64,000 nucleotides of DNA from an uncultured Planctomycetaceae bacterium (GTDB taxonomy: Bacteria > Planctomycetota > Planctomycetia > Pirellulales > PALSA-1355). Where the stretch lies: positions 1,152,001 through 1,216,000 of the forward strand of contig CAWAUV010000007.1 in the NCBI GenBank assembly GCA_963785305.1. Reading direction: 5' to 3'. This document shows positions 55,594 through 64,000 of this stretch, one piece after another. Under the pieces are notes generated by a model, which ran no database searches, had not been told where the DNA came from, and saw only the letters and a program-made list of their open reading frames with translations. Within the stretch, counting starts at the first letter, position 1, and each line of letters begins with the position of its first letter. The translations under genes and the position numbers were made by a program.

Positions 55594-56658
55594 ATGACCC
55601 TCGTGATTCTTCTAACGCTTTACTGCCTCGCGATCGTGGTCGCGTCGCTCGTCGGCGGCTATTTGCCGCTCGTCGTGCGGCTGACGCATCGGCATTTGGA
55701 AATGGCGATCAGCTTTGTCTCGGGCGTGATTCTCGGGGTCGGGCTGTTGCACTTGCTGCCTCACGCGGCCGAGGCGTTGCACGGAGTGGAACCGGCCATG
55801 GCCTGGATGCTGGGCGGCTTTCTGCTCATGTTTTTCCTGGATCGCTTCTTTCATTTCCATCTCCATGAAGCCCCGGCGAAGAGCGACCCGCTGGGCGCGC
55901 CCGGCGACGAACCAGCGATTCATTGCCATCATGGTCCCGAAGGCCATGTTCATGATCTCGGGCGCCCTGGCGAATTTGCCCATGATAGCGCCCATGCGGA
56001 CGAAGCGGCGTCGTGCGGGGCGGGCCACTCGGGGCATGCGTCGCTTCGGCATGCCACCTTTTCTTGGAGCGGGGCCGCGGTGGGCATGACGATCCACAGC
56101 GTGGTCGAGGGCATCGCGCTCGCGGCGGCGGTCGACGCCGAATTTCAATCCGATGCTTCGCTGCGGATCGCGGGTCTGGGAACCTTCCTGGCGATCGTGC
56201 TCCACAAGCCGCTCGATTCGCTCACGGTCGGCACTCTCATGGCCGCCACGGCCAATACCCGGTGGCGCTGCAATATCGTCAATCTGTTTTTCGCATTGGC
56301 GGCGCCGTGCGGGGTGATTGCGTTTTATGCGTTTGCCCTCCATTCGGCCGACGACGATTCGCGAGTGCTCGGTCCGGCGCTTGCGTTCGCGGCCGGCGCG
56401 TTTGTTTGCATTGCTTCGAGCGATCTCTTGCCGGAGCTTCATTTTCACAGCCACGACCGAGTGAAACTTTCAATGTGTCTCCTGCTCGGCGTGGCGCTGG
56501 CGGTGCTGCTGATGTTTGTCGAGCCGCACGACCACGCGCACGCCCTCGACGCCGCGGCGCCCCACTCGCAACATCCCCATGACCACGGCCTCCACGACGC
56601 GCATTCAGACGCCCCACGGTCTCACGACCACGAAGCCCTCCCGGCCGCATCCCAATAA
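55594..56658 (+). CDS. ZIP (ZupT-like) divalent metal transporter with a His-rich loop and tail
   Basis: GVILGVGLLHLLPHA, TIHSVVEGIAL, IVLHKP, AGAFVCIASSDLLPEL. Confidence 0.9.
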   Translation: MTLVILLTLYCLAIVVASLVGGYLPLVVRLTHRHLEMAISFVSGVILGVGLLHLLPHAAEALHGVEPAMAWMLGGFLLMFFLDRFFHFHLHEAPAKSDPLGAPGDEPAIHCHHGPEGHVHDLGRPGEFAHDSAHADEAASCGAGHSGHASLRHATFSWSGAAVGMTIHSVVEGIALAAAVDAEFQSDASLRIAGLGTFLAIVLHKPLDSLTVGTLMAATANTRWRCNIVNLFFALAAPCGVIAFYAFALHSADDDSRVLGPALAFAAGAFVCIASSDLLPELHFHSHDRVKLSMCLLLGVALAVLLMFVEPHDHAHALDAAAPHSQHPHDHGLHDAHSDAPRSHDHEALPAASQ

Positions 56659-56679
56659 CGCGGCAAACCCAAGCGCTGC

Positions 56680-56858
56680 CCGCCGTGTCGCGCCGTGTCG
56701 CGCCGCGTCGCGCCGCGTCGTGTCGTCTTGCGTTGTTCCCTCTTCTGTCTTCTTCGTGTCTTCGTGCCTTCGTGGTAATTTCCGCCGCCCGTGTCCGCTT
56801 CGCGTCGTTCGCGTCGTTCTTCTTTTGCTCGTCGTGCCGTCGTGTCCGTCGTGGTGAT
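56680..56858. repeat. Low-complexity/REP-like intergenic repeats
   Basis: (GTGTCGCGCC)n, CTTCGTGTCTTCGTGCCTTCGTGGT, (TTCGCGTCG)2 and (TCGTGxCG)n blocks. Confidence 0.5.
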
Positions 56859-57035
56859 TATTTCCTATTTCTTCTTCCGTTCCTCTCCCCTTGCCCTGCT
56901 CTCGCCCAAGGCCCCTCACCCTGCCCTTTCCCAGAGTGCGAGGAGTTCGCGAGCCGGGGCGCGAGAAATTGCGTCCGATGGGTTCATGCCCCCCTGCCCT
57001 GCCCCGGCGGGTTCGCGGTGGCTATAATTCCTCCC

Positions 57036-58099
57036 ATGCACAACCACTCGCGACCTTTGTTGGCGCTCACGCTTGGCGATCCGGCCGGGGTTGGGCCGGA
57101 GACTATTGTCGGGGCTTGGTCCGATCCGGCGCTGCTGGCTTGCTGCCGGCCGGTGGTGATCGGGCATGTCGGCGTGCTGCGGCGGGCAATGCAACTGATC
57201 GGCTTTCGCGGCGAACGCGCGAGGTCGGCATCGTGGAAGATGCCCGGCCGGCGCCCGATTGCATCCCCTGCCTGACCGGCGCGCCGGCCTGCGCACTCGA
57301 GGCGCCGCCTGGCAAGATCGATGCACGCGGCGGTGAAGCGGCTTATCAAGCCTTGCGCACGGCGGCGGAGCTCGCCCTGACTGGGCGGATCGATGGCCTC
57401 GTGACCGCTCCGCTGCACAAGGCGGCTCTTTGGCAGGCGGGCCATCATTATCCCGGCCACACGGAATTGCTCGCCGAACTCTCGGGCGTTCGTGATTTCG
57501 CGATGATGCTCTACCTGGGAGGTGGAGAACAAGTGCGCTCGCCCACGGGTTTGGCGATCGTGCATGTCACGTTGCACATGGCGCTGCGCGATGTGTTTGC
57601 CTCGCTCACCACCGAAGCGGTGCTGGTCAAGCAGCGACTGGCCCGCGATGTAATGCTGCGGCTCAAGGGCTCGGAGCCGCGCGTGGGCGTGGCGGCGCTG
57701 AATCCCCATGGCGGCGAAGAGGGGCTGTTCGGCGATGAGGAGGCGCGAATCATTCGCCCGGCGGTCGAACTCGCGCGCCGCGAGGGCATCGACGCGCACG
57801 GCCCCCTGCCGGCCGACACCTTGATCGCCAACGCGCGCAATGGCGCGTTCGACGCCGTGGTGGCCATGTATCACGATCAGGGGCACATCGCCATCAAGCT
57901 GCTAGCGATGCACCGGGCGGTGAATGTGACCCTGGGCCTGCCGATCGTGCGCACCAGCGTGGCGCATGGCACGGCGTTTGACTTGGCGTGGCAAGGTCGG
58001 GCCGAAACGACGGGGCTCATTGAGGCGGCGCGAGTGGCGGCCCGGCTGGCGGGAATGCGGGCCCTGCCCCGCGGCGACATGGCGGGGATCGCGGGCTAG
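57036..58099 (+). CDS. pdxA: 4-hydroxythreonine-4-phosphate dehydrogenase (frameshift near 57220)
   Basis: LTLGDPAGVGPE, VTAPLHK, YPGHTE, HVTLH, LNPHGGE.GLFG.EE, AMYHDQG, NVTLGLPIVRTSVAHGTAFD. Confidence 0.93.
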
Positions 58100-58130
58100 C
58101 AGCCTGTTGATTATTTCAACAGCCTACTAG
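58096..58130. repeat. Mini-palindrome copy 4 (35 bp, CTAG at both ends) filling the whole pdxA/P-II gap
   Basis: CTAGCAGCCTGTTGATTATTTCAACAGCCTACTAG. Confidence 0.75.
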
Positions 58131-58474
58131 ATCGCCTCGCTGCCGCGCTCGCCGGTGCGGATGCGAATGCAGTCGTCCATCGGCAGCACGAAGATTTTGC
58201 CGTCGCCGATCTCGCCCTGCTTGCCGGTGCGGCCGCCTTTGATGATGGCGTTGATCGTCGGCTCGACGAAGGCGTCGTTCACGGCGATCTGGAGCTGCAC
58301 TTTCCGGAGCAGGTTCACCGAAATCTCGTGGCCGCGATAGACCTCGGTGTGTCCCTTTTGCCGGCCGAATCCCTGTACATCCATCACCGTGAGCCGAACG
58401 ACTTCCACTTCGGTGAGCGCCGTCTTGACGGCTTCGAGCCGAGTCGGCTGGATGATCGCGATAATCAACTTCAC
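58127..58474 (-). CDS. glnB: Nitrogen regulatory protein P-II (GlnB/GlnK family)
   Basis: MKLIIAIIQP..LEAVK, GFGRQKGHTEVYRG, GEIGDGKIFV....IRIRTGERG. GlnB versus GlnK cannot be resolved from sequence alone. Confidence 0.93.
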   Translation of the reverse strand: MKLIIAIIQPTRLEAVKTALTEVEVVRLTVMDVQGFGRQKGHTEVYRGHEISVNLLRKVQLQIAVNDAFVEPTINAIIKGGRTGKQGEIGDGKIFVLPMDDCIRIRTGERGSEAI

Positions 58475-58594
58475 GAACCAAGACTCCGCCGAGGAATGGA
58501 ACAGGACCGCAACAAGATCAACATTACTCTAACCGCGAGCTTGGCGGCTCGCAACCGGCGGCGCTGGGTCCGGAAAGAGTTTGGATCAAAGCAT

Positions 58595-58647
58595 AAAAAA
58601 AGCCCCGGCTTGGGTAGGCTAGGCGGAGCACCTACCCAAGCCGCGGG
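58595..58647 (-). terminator. Intrinsic terminator ~120 bp upstream of the P-II start codon
   Basis: 13-bp perfect stem CGGCTTGGGTAGG/CCTACCCAAGCCG (58606-58643) followed by U7 on the minus strand (A7 at 58595-58601). Confidence 0.8.
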
Positions 58648-59017
58648 ACATCCTTCGGGCCCAGGCAAGAGCCGAAGTTTCGTGAAAATCGCTGAAGCGG
58701 CGCTACGCGGATCGCGGGGGGAGACGGGGGCGCCACGAGTTGCCGCTGGCACAAGCGGTCAATGAAGTCCGGCAGAGAGAAACCCCAGAACTCTCTCTGA
58801 CGATCAACTCGTGACGCCCCGTACTCGTTCCCACCCTCCACACACAACGTGCACCGCGTTGTGATTGACTATGTATGCAGCTCGCGCCGTCTGAATCTCA
58901 ATCCCAGGCGACGCCAGCATTGCTAGCACAATTCCGCAACGGTCATCTACTTTTCCGTGTCACTTGCCGGGCCGTGTTACCGAGCCCGCCGTGGTGTTCC
59001 GTTGAAACACGTTGCAT

Positions 59018-59033
59018 TGCAAGACGCATGCCA
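59018..59033 (-). promoter_or_regulatory. Sigma54 (-24/-12) promoter pointing toward the P-II gene
   Basis: Minus strand TGGCAT-GCGTC-TTGCA against consensus TGGCAC-N5-TTGCW, with exact GG-N10-GC spacing. Confidence 0.75.
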
Positions 59034-59276
59034 AGCAAGCCGCGGCAAGCGAGGTTCGGCGCCGGGAGATGTAAAATAGGCTTAAAAACTGCCTGAAACC
59101 TCGAGAGAATTTTTTGCGACCGCCCTGCCCTGCCCTGCCGCCGGTTGGGCTCCTGCCCAGAAAAAACGCACCGACCGCCGTGGCCGTGGGCAACGATCGC
59201 ATTCACGATCGATCCGATCGCTAACTTCGAGATAAGTAGCTCGTTCGGCGTGCCCAGCCGGCGCATTTAAGGCGGC

Positions 59277-59315
59277 AAAAAAATGGGCTACCGCTCCAAG
59301 TGGAGAGATAGCCCA
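59277..59315 (-). terminator. Intrinsic terminator downstream of the small secreted-protein gene
   Basis: Minus strand TGGGCTATCTCTCCA-CT-TGGAGCGGTAGCCCA followed by T7. Confidence 0.75.
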
Positions 59316-59454
59316 AGATGAATTTCCAACTCAGGTTCCCAAGTTCGACCAGAGACCGCGGCGAGCCGCCTTCAGGCCGCGAGCTCTAGTCTACTTGCCT
59401 GGGACCCTGACTCCTCGGCGAAAAACCCGAGGCACGGCCAATCGCGCGAGGCGA

Positions 59455-59848
59455 TTAGTAGTTGCCCAAGGCTCTGGCCGCGGCCGGACGTTGACCGAAC
59501 GTGAACATCACCTGACCGGGACGATAAGCAGCCGTGCCGCTATAGGCCCGGGCCGCCGAGTCTTCATACGCCGTGAATCCCGGCGGGAAGCTGCTCGGGC
59601 CATAGGAATAGGCCCGACCTCTCGGCGCCGCATACACGCCCTGCGCTCGCGTTGCGCGGCGCTACCGAATAATCGCGCTGACCGGACACGGGGGCTCGGG
59701 CCATCGCCGCGTCGGGCGTGGCATGCGGAGCGCCGGCGACAGCCACTTGGCCACCACCGCAGCAATTGCAATCGCCGGCCCATGCCATGTTTTGACCCGC
59801 CAACAGAAACGCGCCCGCAAATGCGGACATCCAAAGAACCTTACTCAT
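59455..59848 (-). CDS. Small secreted hypothetical protein (frameshift near 59645)
   Basis: MSKVLWMSAFAGAFLLAGQNMAWAGDCNCCGGG... joins ORF 59455-59637 (MYAAPRGRAYSYGP...ARALGNY). Confidence 0.6.
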
Positions 59849-60275
59849 GAGACACCGCCCTTTCGAAAGAAGTGAGACCTTGCCTGGACCCGCTTCTATT
59901 TTACCGCGCGGGCTTGGATCAAGCAAAGTTCGACTTTTTAATGTTGCATATCGTCGGCGATTCCCCCGGAGAGTGGGGGCTCAACGTCGCGAGGCAACTG
60001 GCAATTCGGCGAACTTAAGCCATGTGGCGAATGGCAGTTGCGGCGAGAGCTCTTTGGAAATGGGCGCCGGCCCAGCGGTTTGGACCTCGGCCAGACTTAC
60101 GCGAAAGAAATCTTCGCGGCTCAATGGACAACGTCCGGCGACGCCGCCCTGGGTTGCAGGTTGGCGCCGCCGGACGTGAGAGGGTTTCTCGATGTCGAGC
60201 CGCAGTGGCTTCAAGGAATCGCGAGGGGCGGGACGTTGTCGGCCCGAATCGCGAGTTGAACCCACGAGCGAGTTA

Positions 60276-61879
60276 CTAGAACAGGATCACGTAGTCGCCA
60301 CCGTAGATGAACTGGTGGTTCTTCAAGCCGCCATCATACGGGGCGCCACCGCTCGCCGAGCCGGCCGCGGCCGAATAGCCCGGGTTGTTGAAGGCGCTTT
60401 GCGATCCTTGGAACCAGTCGAAGCGAATCATCGGACGCAGCACGCCGTTGGCGTTGGGCTTCCAGTTGGCGCCGAGCGTGATTTCGTAGAACGTGCCGTT
60501 GTAGCCGGCGCGGTTGTCAGACAAGCCGCGGAGCGAGCCATTCGGCGTGTAGCTCTCGAAACCACCGACGCGGAAACCTTCTTCATCGCGGAACCATTCG
60601 CCGCGAAGACCCCAGGTCCAGGTGTCGCTGACCTTGTAGAACAAGTACTGGTTCATGCCGTAGTACTTGGCGCTGCGGTCGTTGACCAAGGCTTGGGTCT
60701 GGTAGCCGAAGTCGGTTTGATACACATAGTTCAGCTTGCTGCTGATGCGGCTCAACGGCCGGCTGTAGACGTTCGTTTGCAAGTAACGCATCGAGTGGGC
60801 GTTGTTCGTGCCCTGGCCGAAGCCGTTTTCGATGTTCACGTTGTTGTTCTGGTTCGGTTCGCGGCTGAGCACTTGCACGATCGCCAAGCTCGACTTGTCG
60901 TCGAACGTGCGTGTGAGGGTGCCGAGGTAACCGACGCCAGGGTTGTTGTTGCCGAAGTTATCCCAACCACGCATGATGCCGGCGCCGACGGTCAATTTTT
61001 CATTGACGGTCCATGTGGCCAAAGCGCCGGTGTGAGTAAACGGTTCGCCGTATTGGAAGGTATAAGGCAGGGTCGTGAAGAAGTTGCCGACCGTTTGCAC
61101 ACCTTCGTAACCGACCGGGCTATAGAAGTGCCCGACTTTGACCTTCAGGTTGTTCCGGGCGATTTCGCCGTAGAACTGGGTGAAGGCGGCGCCGTAGAAC
61201 CGCTCGGTGCTGACCTTGGGGTTCGTGAACTGGGTGCGGGTTTCCAGGTTCGACTCCGTGTTGAAGCGATAGTCGGTGCCCAGCATCACGTCGGCCCGTC
61301 CGCCGAAGTCCCAACCATAGCCGTTGGTGTTGGTCGGACGTTCGATATAGGTCAGGAACTGGTTGATCTGGAATTCATTGGCCCGATCGGTCCAGGTCAA
61401 CGGACCGTTGAAGCGGTCCGACGGGATTCTGGGGGTTGGCCGTGAAGCTTTGGGCCGAATAGCCGGCAATGTTGATATTGCGGCACTTCAGACCTTCGCA
61501 ATCGAAGAGTTTCCAGGGATCGGTCAGTTTGCAGCAAGGATCGAAAGGACCGCCGATGCAGTGCCCTTCGGGACAATCGTCGCTGCATTCCGAGCACTCG
61601 CCGGCGGGCGCCGCCGCACAGGCGGGAGCGCAAGCCGGAGCGCATGCCGTGCCGCTGGCGGGCGCGGCGGTCTCGGGAGCGGCCGCCGCCGGAGCGGGCG
61701 CGGGCGCCACGTCGCTGGGCGACGGAGGCGAGTCTTCTTGCGAATAGTAGCTGCTGTACTCGAACGCCGTGCGCTGCACGGCGCCCGATTGCTGCTGCGC
61801 CCCGGTCTGCGCGAAAGCGACTTCCGGCGCCGAGGGCGCTGCAGAGGGCGCTCATGAGCGTCCACTTGGAAAGTTTCAT
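60276..61879 (-). CDS. Outer-membrane beta-barrel porin (BBP2/OmpL-like, planctomycete type); frameshifts near 61790 and 61430
   Basis: Signal peptide, Cys-rich linker, FNGPLTWTDRANEFQINQ, DFGGRADVMLGTD, VGHFYSPVGYE, PFTHTG, LRGEWFRD, YEITLGANWKP, RPMIRFDW and a C-terminal F. Confidence 0.85.
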
Positions 61880-62322
61880 AATCCTTTACTCCATCCTTGA
61901 CGCGTGGCTCGTAGGTTCCGTCACTACCGCCTGGACAACGATAAGACACCAATGGCAAACGGATCGCGCGAACGCCGCCCTTAAAACGTCGCACAATCTG
62001 CTCAACCACGATTGCTATCGACCGGTGTCTCAAAACGAGTTGACGGTAAAGGCGGCCCGCCGAGCCGCCGCGCGTCGAATCGGCTCGTTTTTTGGTAAAA
62101 GGCGCCGGCTACGCAAAGACTCAGCCCCCGCTTTTCACGGGCGCCCGGGCTGGCGATTCCGTAAGCCCGCGCCCGGCCGATCGAAAAAAGCGGCGCCATC
62201 TCGCTCTTTGGAACTCCCCTCGCGCGGCAAACCCGGGGAAATAACCCGACTTTGCGGGCTCGAATGCACGCGGCCCACGCCCACGCGCCGACTGCGGAGA
62301 AGTCGAATAATTCGACAGGCTG

Positions 62323-63255
62323 TCAGGCCGGGGCCGCCGCCATTTCGGCGAAGAGGGCGTCGACGAATTCGTCGGGCCGAAAGGGCGCCAAGTCCCCGAG
62401 CTGCTCGCCCACGCCCACATACTTCACCGGCAGTCCCACTTGACGGCGAATGGCCACCACCACGCCGCCTTTGGCGGTGCCATCGAGCTTGGCGAGCACA
62501 ATGCCGGTGCAAGGCGCCGCGGCGGTGAAGTGCTTGGCCTGGCTGATGCCGTTTTGTCCCGTGGTGGCGTCGAGCACCAGGAGCGCTTCGTGCGGCGCCT
62601 CGGGAATCTGCTTCGAGAGCACCCGATGAATCTTGGTGAGTTGCTGCATGAGGTTTTGTTGGGTTTGCAGCCGGCCGGCGGTGTCGACGATACAGACATC
62701 GGCCCCCGCTTCGATCGCCCGCGCCACCGCGCGATGCGCCACGCTGGCCGGATCGCTGCCCGGAGGTCCCGACACGATCTCGACGCCCAGCCGCCCGGCC
62801 CAGATCGTGAGTTGCTCGACTGCGGCGGCGCGAAAGGTGTCGGCGGCGCCCAGCACTACTTTCTTCTTGTCGGCGACGAGCATATGCGCGAGTTTGGCGA
62901 TCGAGGTGGTTTTGCCGGCGCCGTTGACTCCGGAAACAAGGATGACCGTCGGCCCCGAGCTCGCGAACCGTAGCGGCGAATCCTCCTGCGCCAGCAGTGC
63001 CTTGAGCTTCTGCTTCACATGCGCGAGCACTTCGGCCATGTGGACGACCCGGGCCCGATAGGCGACGCGAATCTCGTCGACGATTTCGTTGGCGGTTTGC
63101 ACTCCCATGTCGGTGTGGATCAGCGCGGCGGTGAGCTCTTCGAGAAAGGCGTCGTCGACCAGACGGCCTTCGGAGCGGAACAGATCGCGGATGTCGGTAT
63201 TCAGCAGCCGGGCCGTCTTTCGAAGCCCTTGTTTGATCTTATCGAAGAAACCCAT
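62323..63255 (-). CDS. ftsY: Signal recognition particle receptor
   Basis: MGFFDKIKQGLRKT, GVNGAGKTTSIAKLA, ADTFRAAAVEQL, DTAGRLQ, LDATTGQNG, KLDGTAKGG, GVGE. Confidence 0.97.
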   Translation of the reverse strand: MGFFDKIKQGLRKTARLLNTDIRDLFRSEGRLVDDAFLEELTAALIHTDMGVQTANEIVDEIRVAYRARVVHMAEVLAHVKQKLKALLAQEDSPLRFASSGPTVILVSGVNGAGKTTSIAKLAHMLVADKKKVVLGAADTFRAAAVEQLTIWAGRLGVEIVSGPPGSDPASVAHRAVARAIEAGADVCIVDTAGRLQTQQNLMQQLTKIHRVLSKQIPEAPHEALLVLDATTGQNGISQAKHFTAAAPCTGIVLAKLDGTAKGGVVVAIRRQVGLPVKYVGVGEQLGDLAPFRPDEFVDALFAEMAAAPA

Positions 63256-63306
63256 GCTCACCTACTTAAAGCAATGCGGATTGGCGCGAAAAGGGAGCCC
63301 GCGAGT

Positions 63307-63732
63307 TCAGCCCACGTCGCCCGACGGATGCTCGGGGCTCGCGGCGACCATGCGGTCGAGAATGCCGTTGACGAATTGGGCCGATTGCCGGGCGCCGAAT
63401 CGCTTGGCCAACTCGACCGCTTCGTTGATCGCCACGGGCTTGGGGGTTTCGGTATGACGAATTTCGAAAGCGCCCAGGCGGAGCACGTTGCGATCCGTGG
63501 CGGCCATGCGGCCGAGACTCCAATTGTCGGCCGTGGCGCTGAGCAGCGCGTCGAGCTCCTCGCGGTTGCGGCGCACTCCGGCCACCAGCGATTGGGCGAA
63601 GCCGAGCAATTCCTGATCGCGCAGCCGCGCGCGGAGAAAACGATCCGAGGTGCCCGGATCATGGCTCGGATTCAGATCGTCTTCGTAGAGCACTTGGAGC
63701 GCGGCTTCGCGTGCTCGACTACGTCGGGCCAT
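63307..63732 (-). CDS. nusB: Transcription antitermination factor
   Basis: RRSRAREAALQVLY, NWSLGRM..TDRNVLRLG, VAINEAVELAKRFG, FVNGILD. Confidence 0.96.
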   Translation of the reverse strand: MARRSRAREAALQVLYEDDLNPSHDPGTSDRFLRARLRDQELLGFAQSLVAGVRRNREELDALLSATADNWSLGRMAATDRNVLRLGAFEIRHTETPKPVAINEAVELAKRFGARQSAQFVNGILDRMVAASPEHPSGDVG

Positions 63733-63859
63733 GAACATTTCCCCCCGAGGACTTCAGTGCCGCTTAAAACAGCGTCTTGCCACTTTCGCGGCGTGACGCG
63801 CGTCTCAAGTAAATTTGCGGAAACCGATCGCGAGCACTCGGGAGAGCCTCGCGCATGCC

Positions 63860-64000
63860 TCACGGCAGCAGTTCCAACAAGCGAATCATTTCCAGCGCGG
63901 CGGTCGCGCATTCGCTGCCCTTGTTCCCCATGGCCCCGCCGGAGCGATGGATCGCCTGCTCGAGCGTGTCGCAGGTGAGCAGGCCGAACAGCAGCGGAGT
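63860..64000 (-). CDS. ribH: 6,7-dimethyl-8-ribityllumazine synthase, C-terminal part (runs off the window end)
   Basis: Manual translation [46 protein letters not shown]. ribH-nusB synteny is well known. Confidence 0.93.
   Translation of the reverse strand, partial: TPLLFGLLTCDTLEQAIHRSGGAMGNKGSECATAALEMIRLLELLP

Noticed and set aside
61880..62320. SRP RNA (ffs) or tRNA near ftsY
   Set aside because: I saw no SRP domain IV motif (CAGG...GGAA...AGCAG) or tRNA cloverleaf here or elsewhere in the window.

Overview
This is a high-GC bacterial chromosome segment, most likely a planctomycete (Pirellulales-like). That inference rests on a PVC-type CxxCH heme protein, a Cys-rich outer-membrane porin, a PQQ-type propeller, a PEP-CTERM protein and several planctomycete-style hypotheticals. 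Most genes are housekeeping: argC, argJ, pepP, glyQS, purE, purK, nadC, rpsU, asd, truA, accA, dtd, pdxA, P-II, ftsY, nusB and ribH. Roughly 18 genes carry 1-2 bp indels that look like long-read assembly errors rather than real pseudogenes. Main points of interest: (1) An intact, lower-GC, translationally coupled three-gene cassette (ParB/Srx-fold protein, Mrr-like PD-(D/E)xK nuclease, SPPY-type DNA methyltransferase; 9998-13199). It is flanked by a MITE, a RAYT remnant and an IS701-like element, and is a candidate undescribed RM-like defence system. (2) A dif-like XerCD site at 52911-52938, across which all GGGNAGGG (KOPS) motifs I found switch strand, so this is probably the replication terminus. 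(3) A sigma54 promoter followed by ~410 nt of apparently non-coding sequence and a strong intrinsic terminator, all upstream of the P-II gene (candidate sRNA or attenuator). (4) A stand-alone ABC-ATPase/TOPRIM (OLD-like) gene. (5) Several MITE/REP families and a DUF4328 triplication. I recognised no CRISPR array, rRNA or tRNA.
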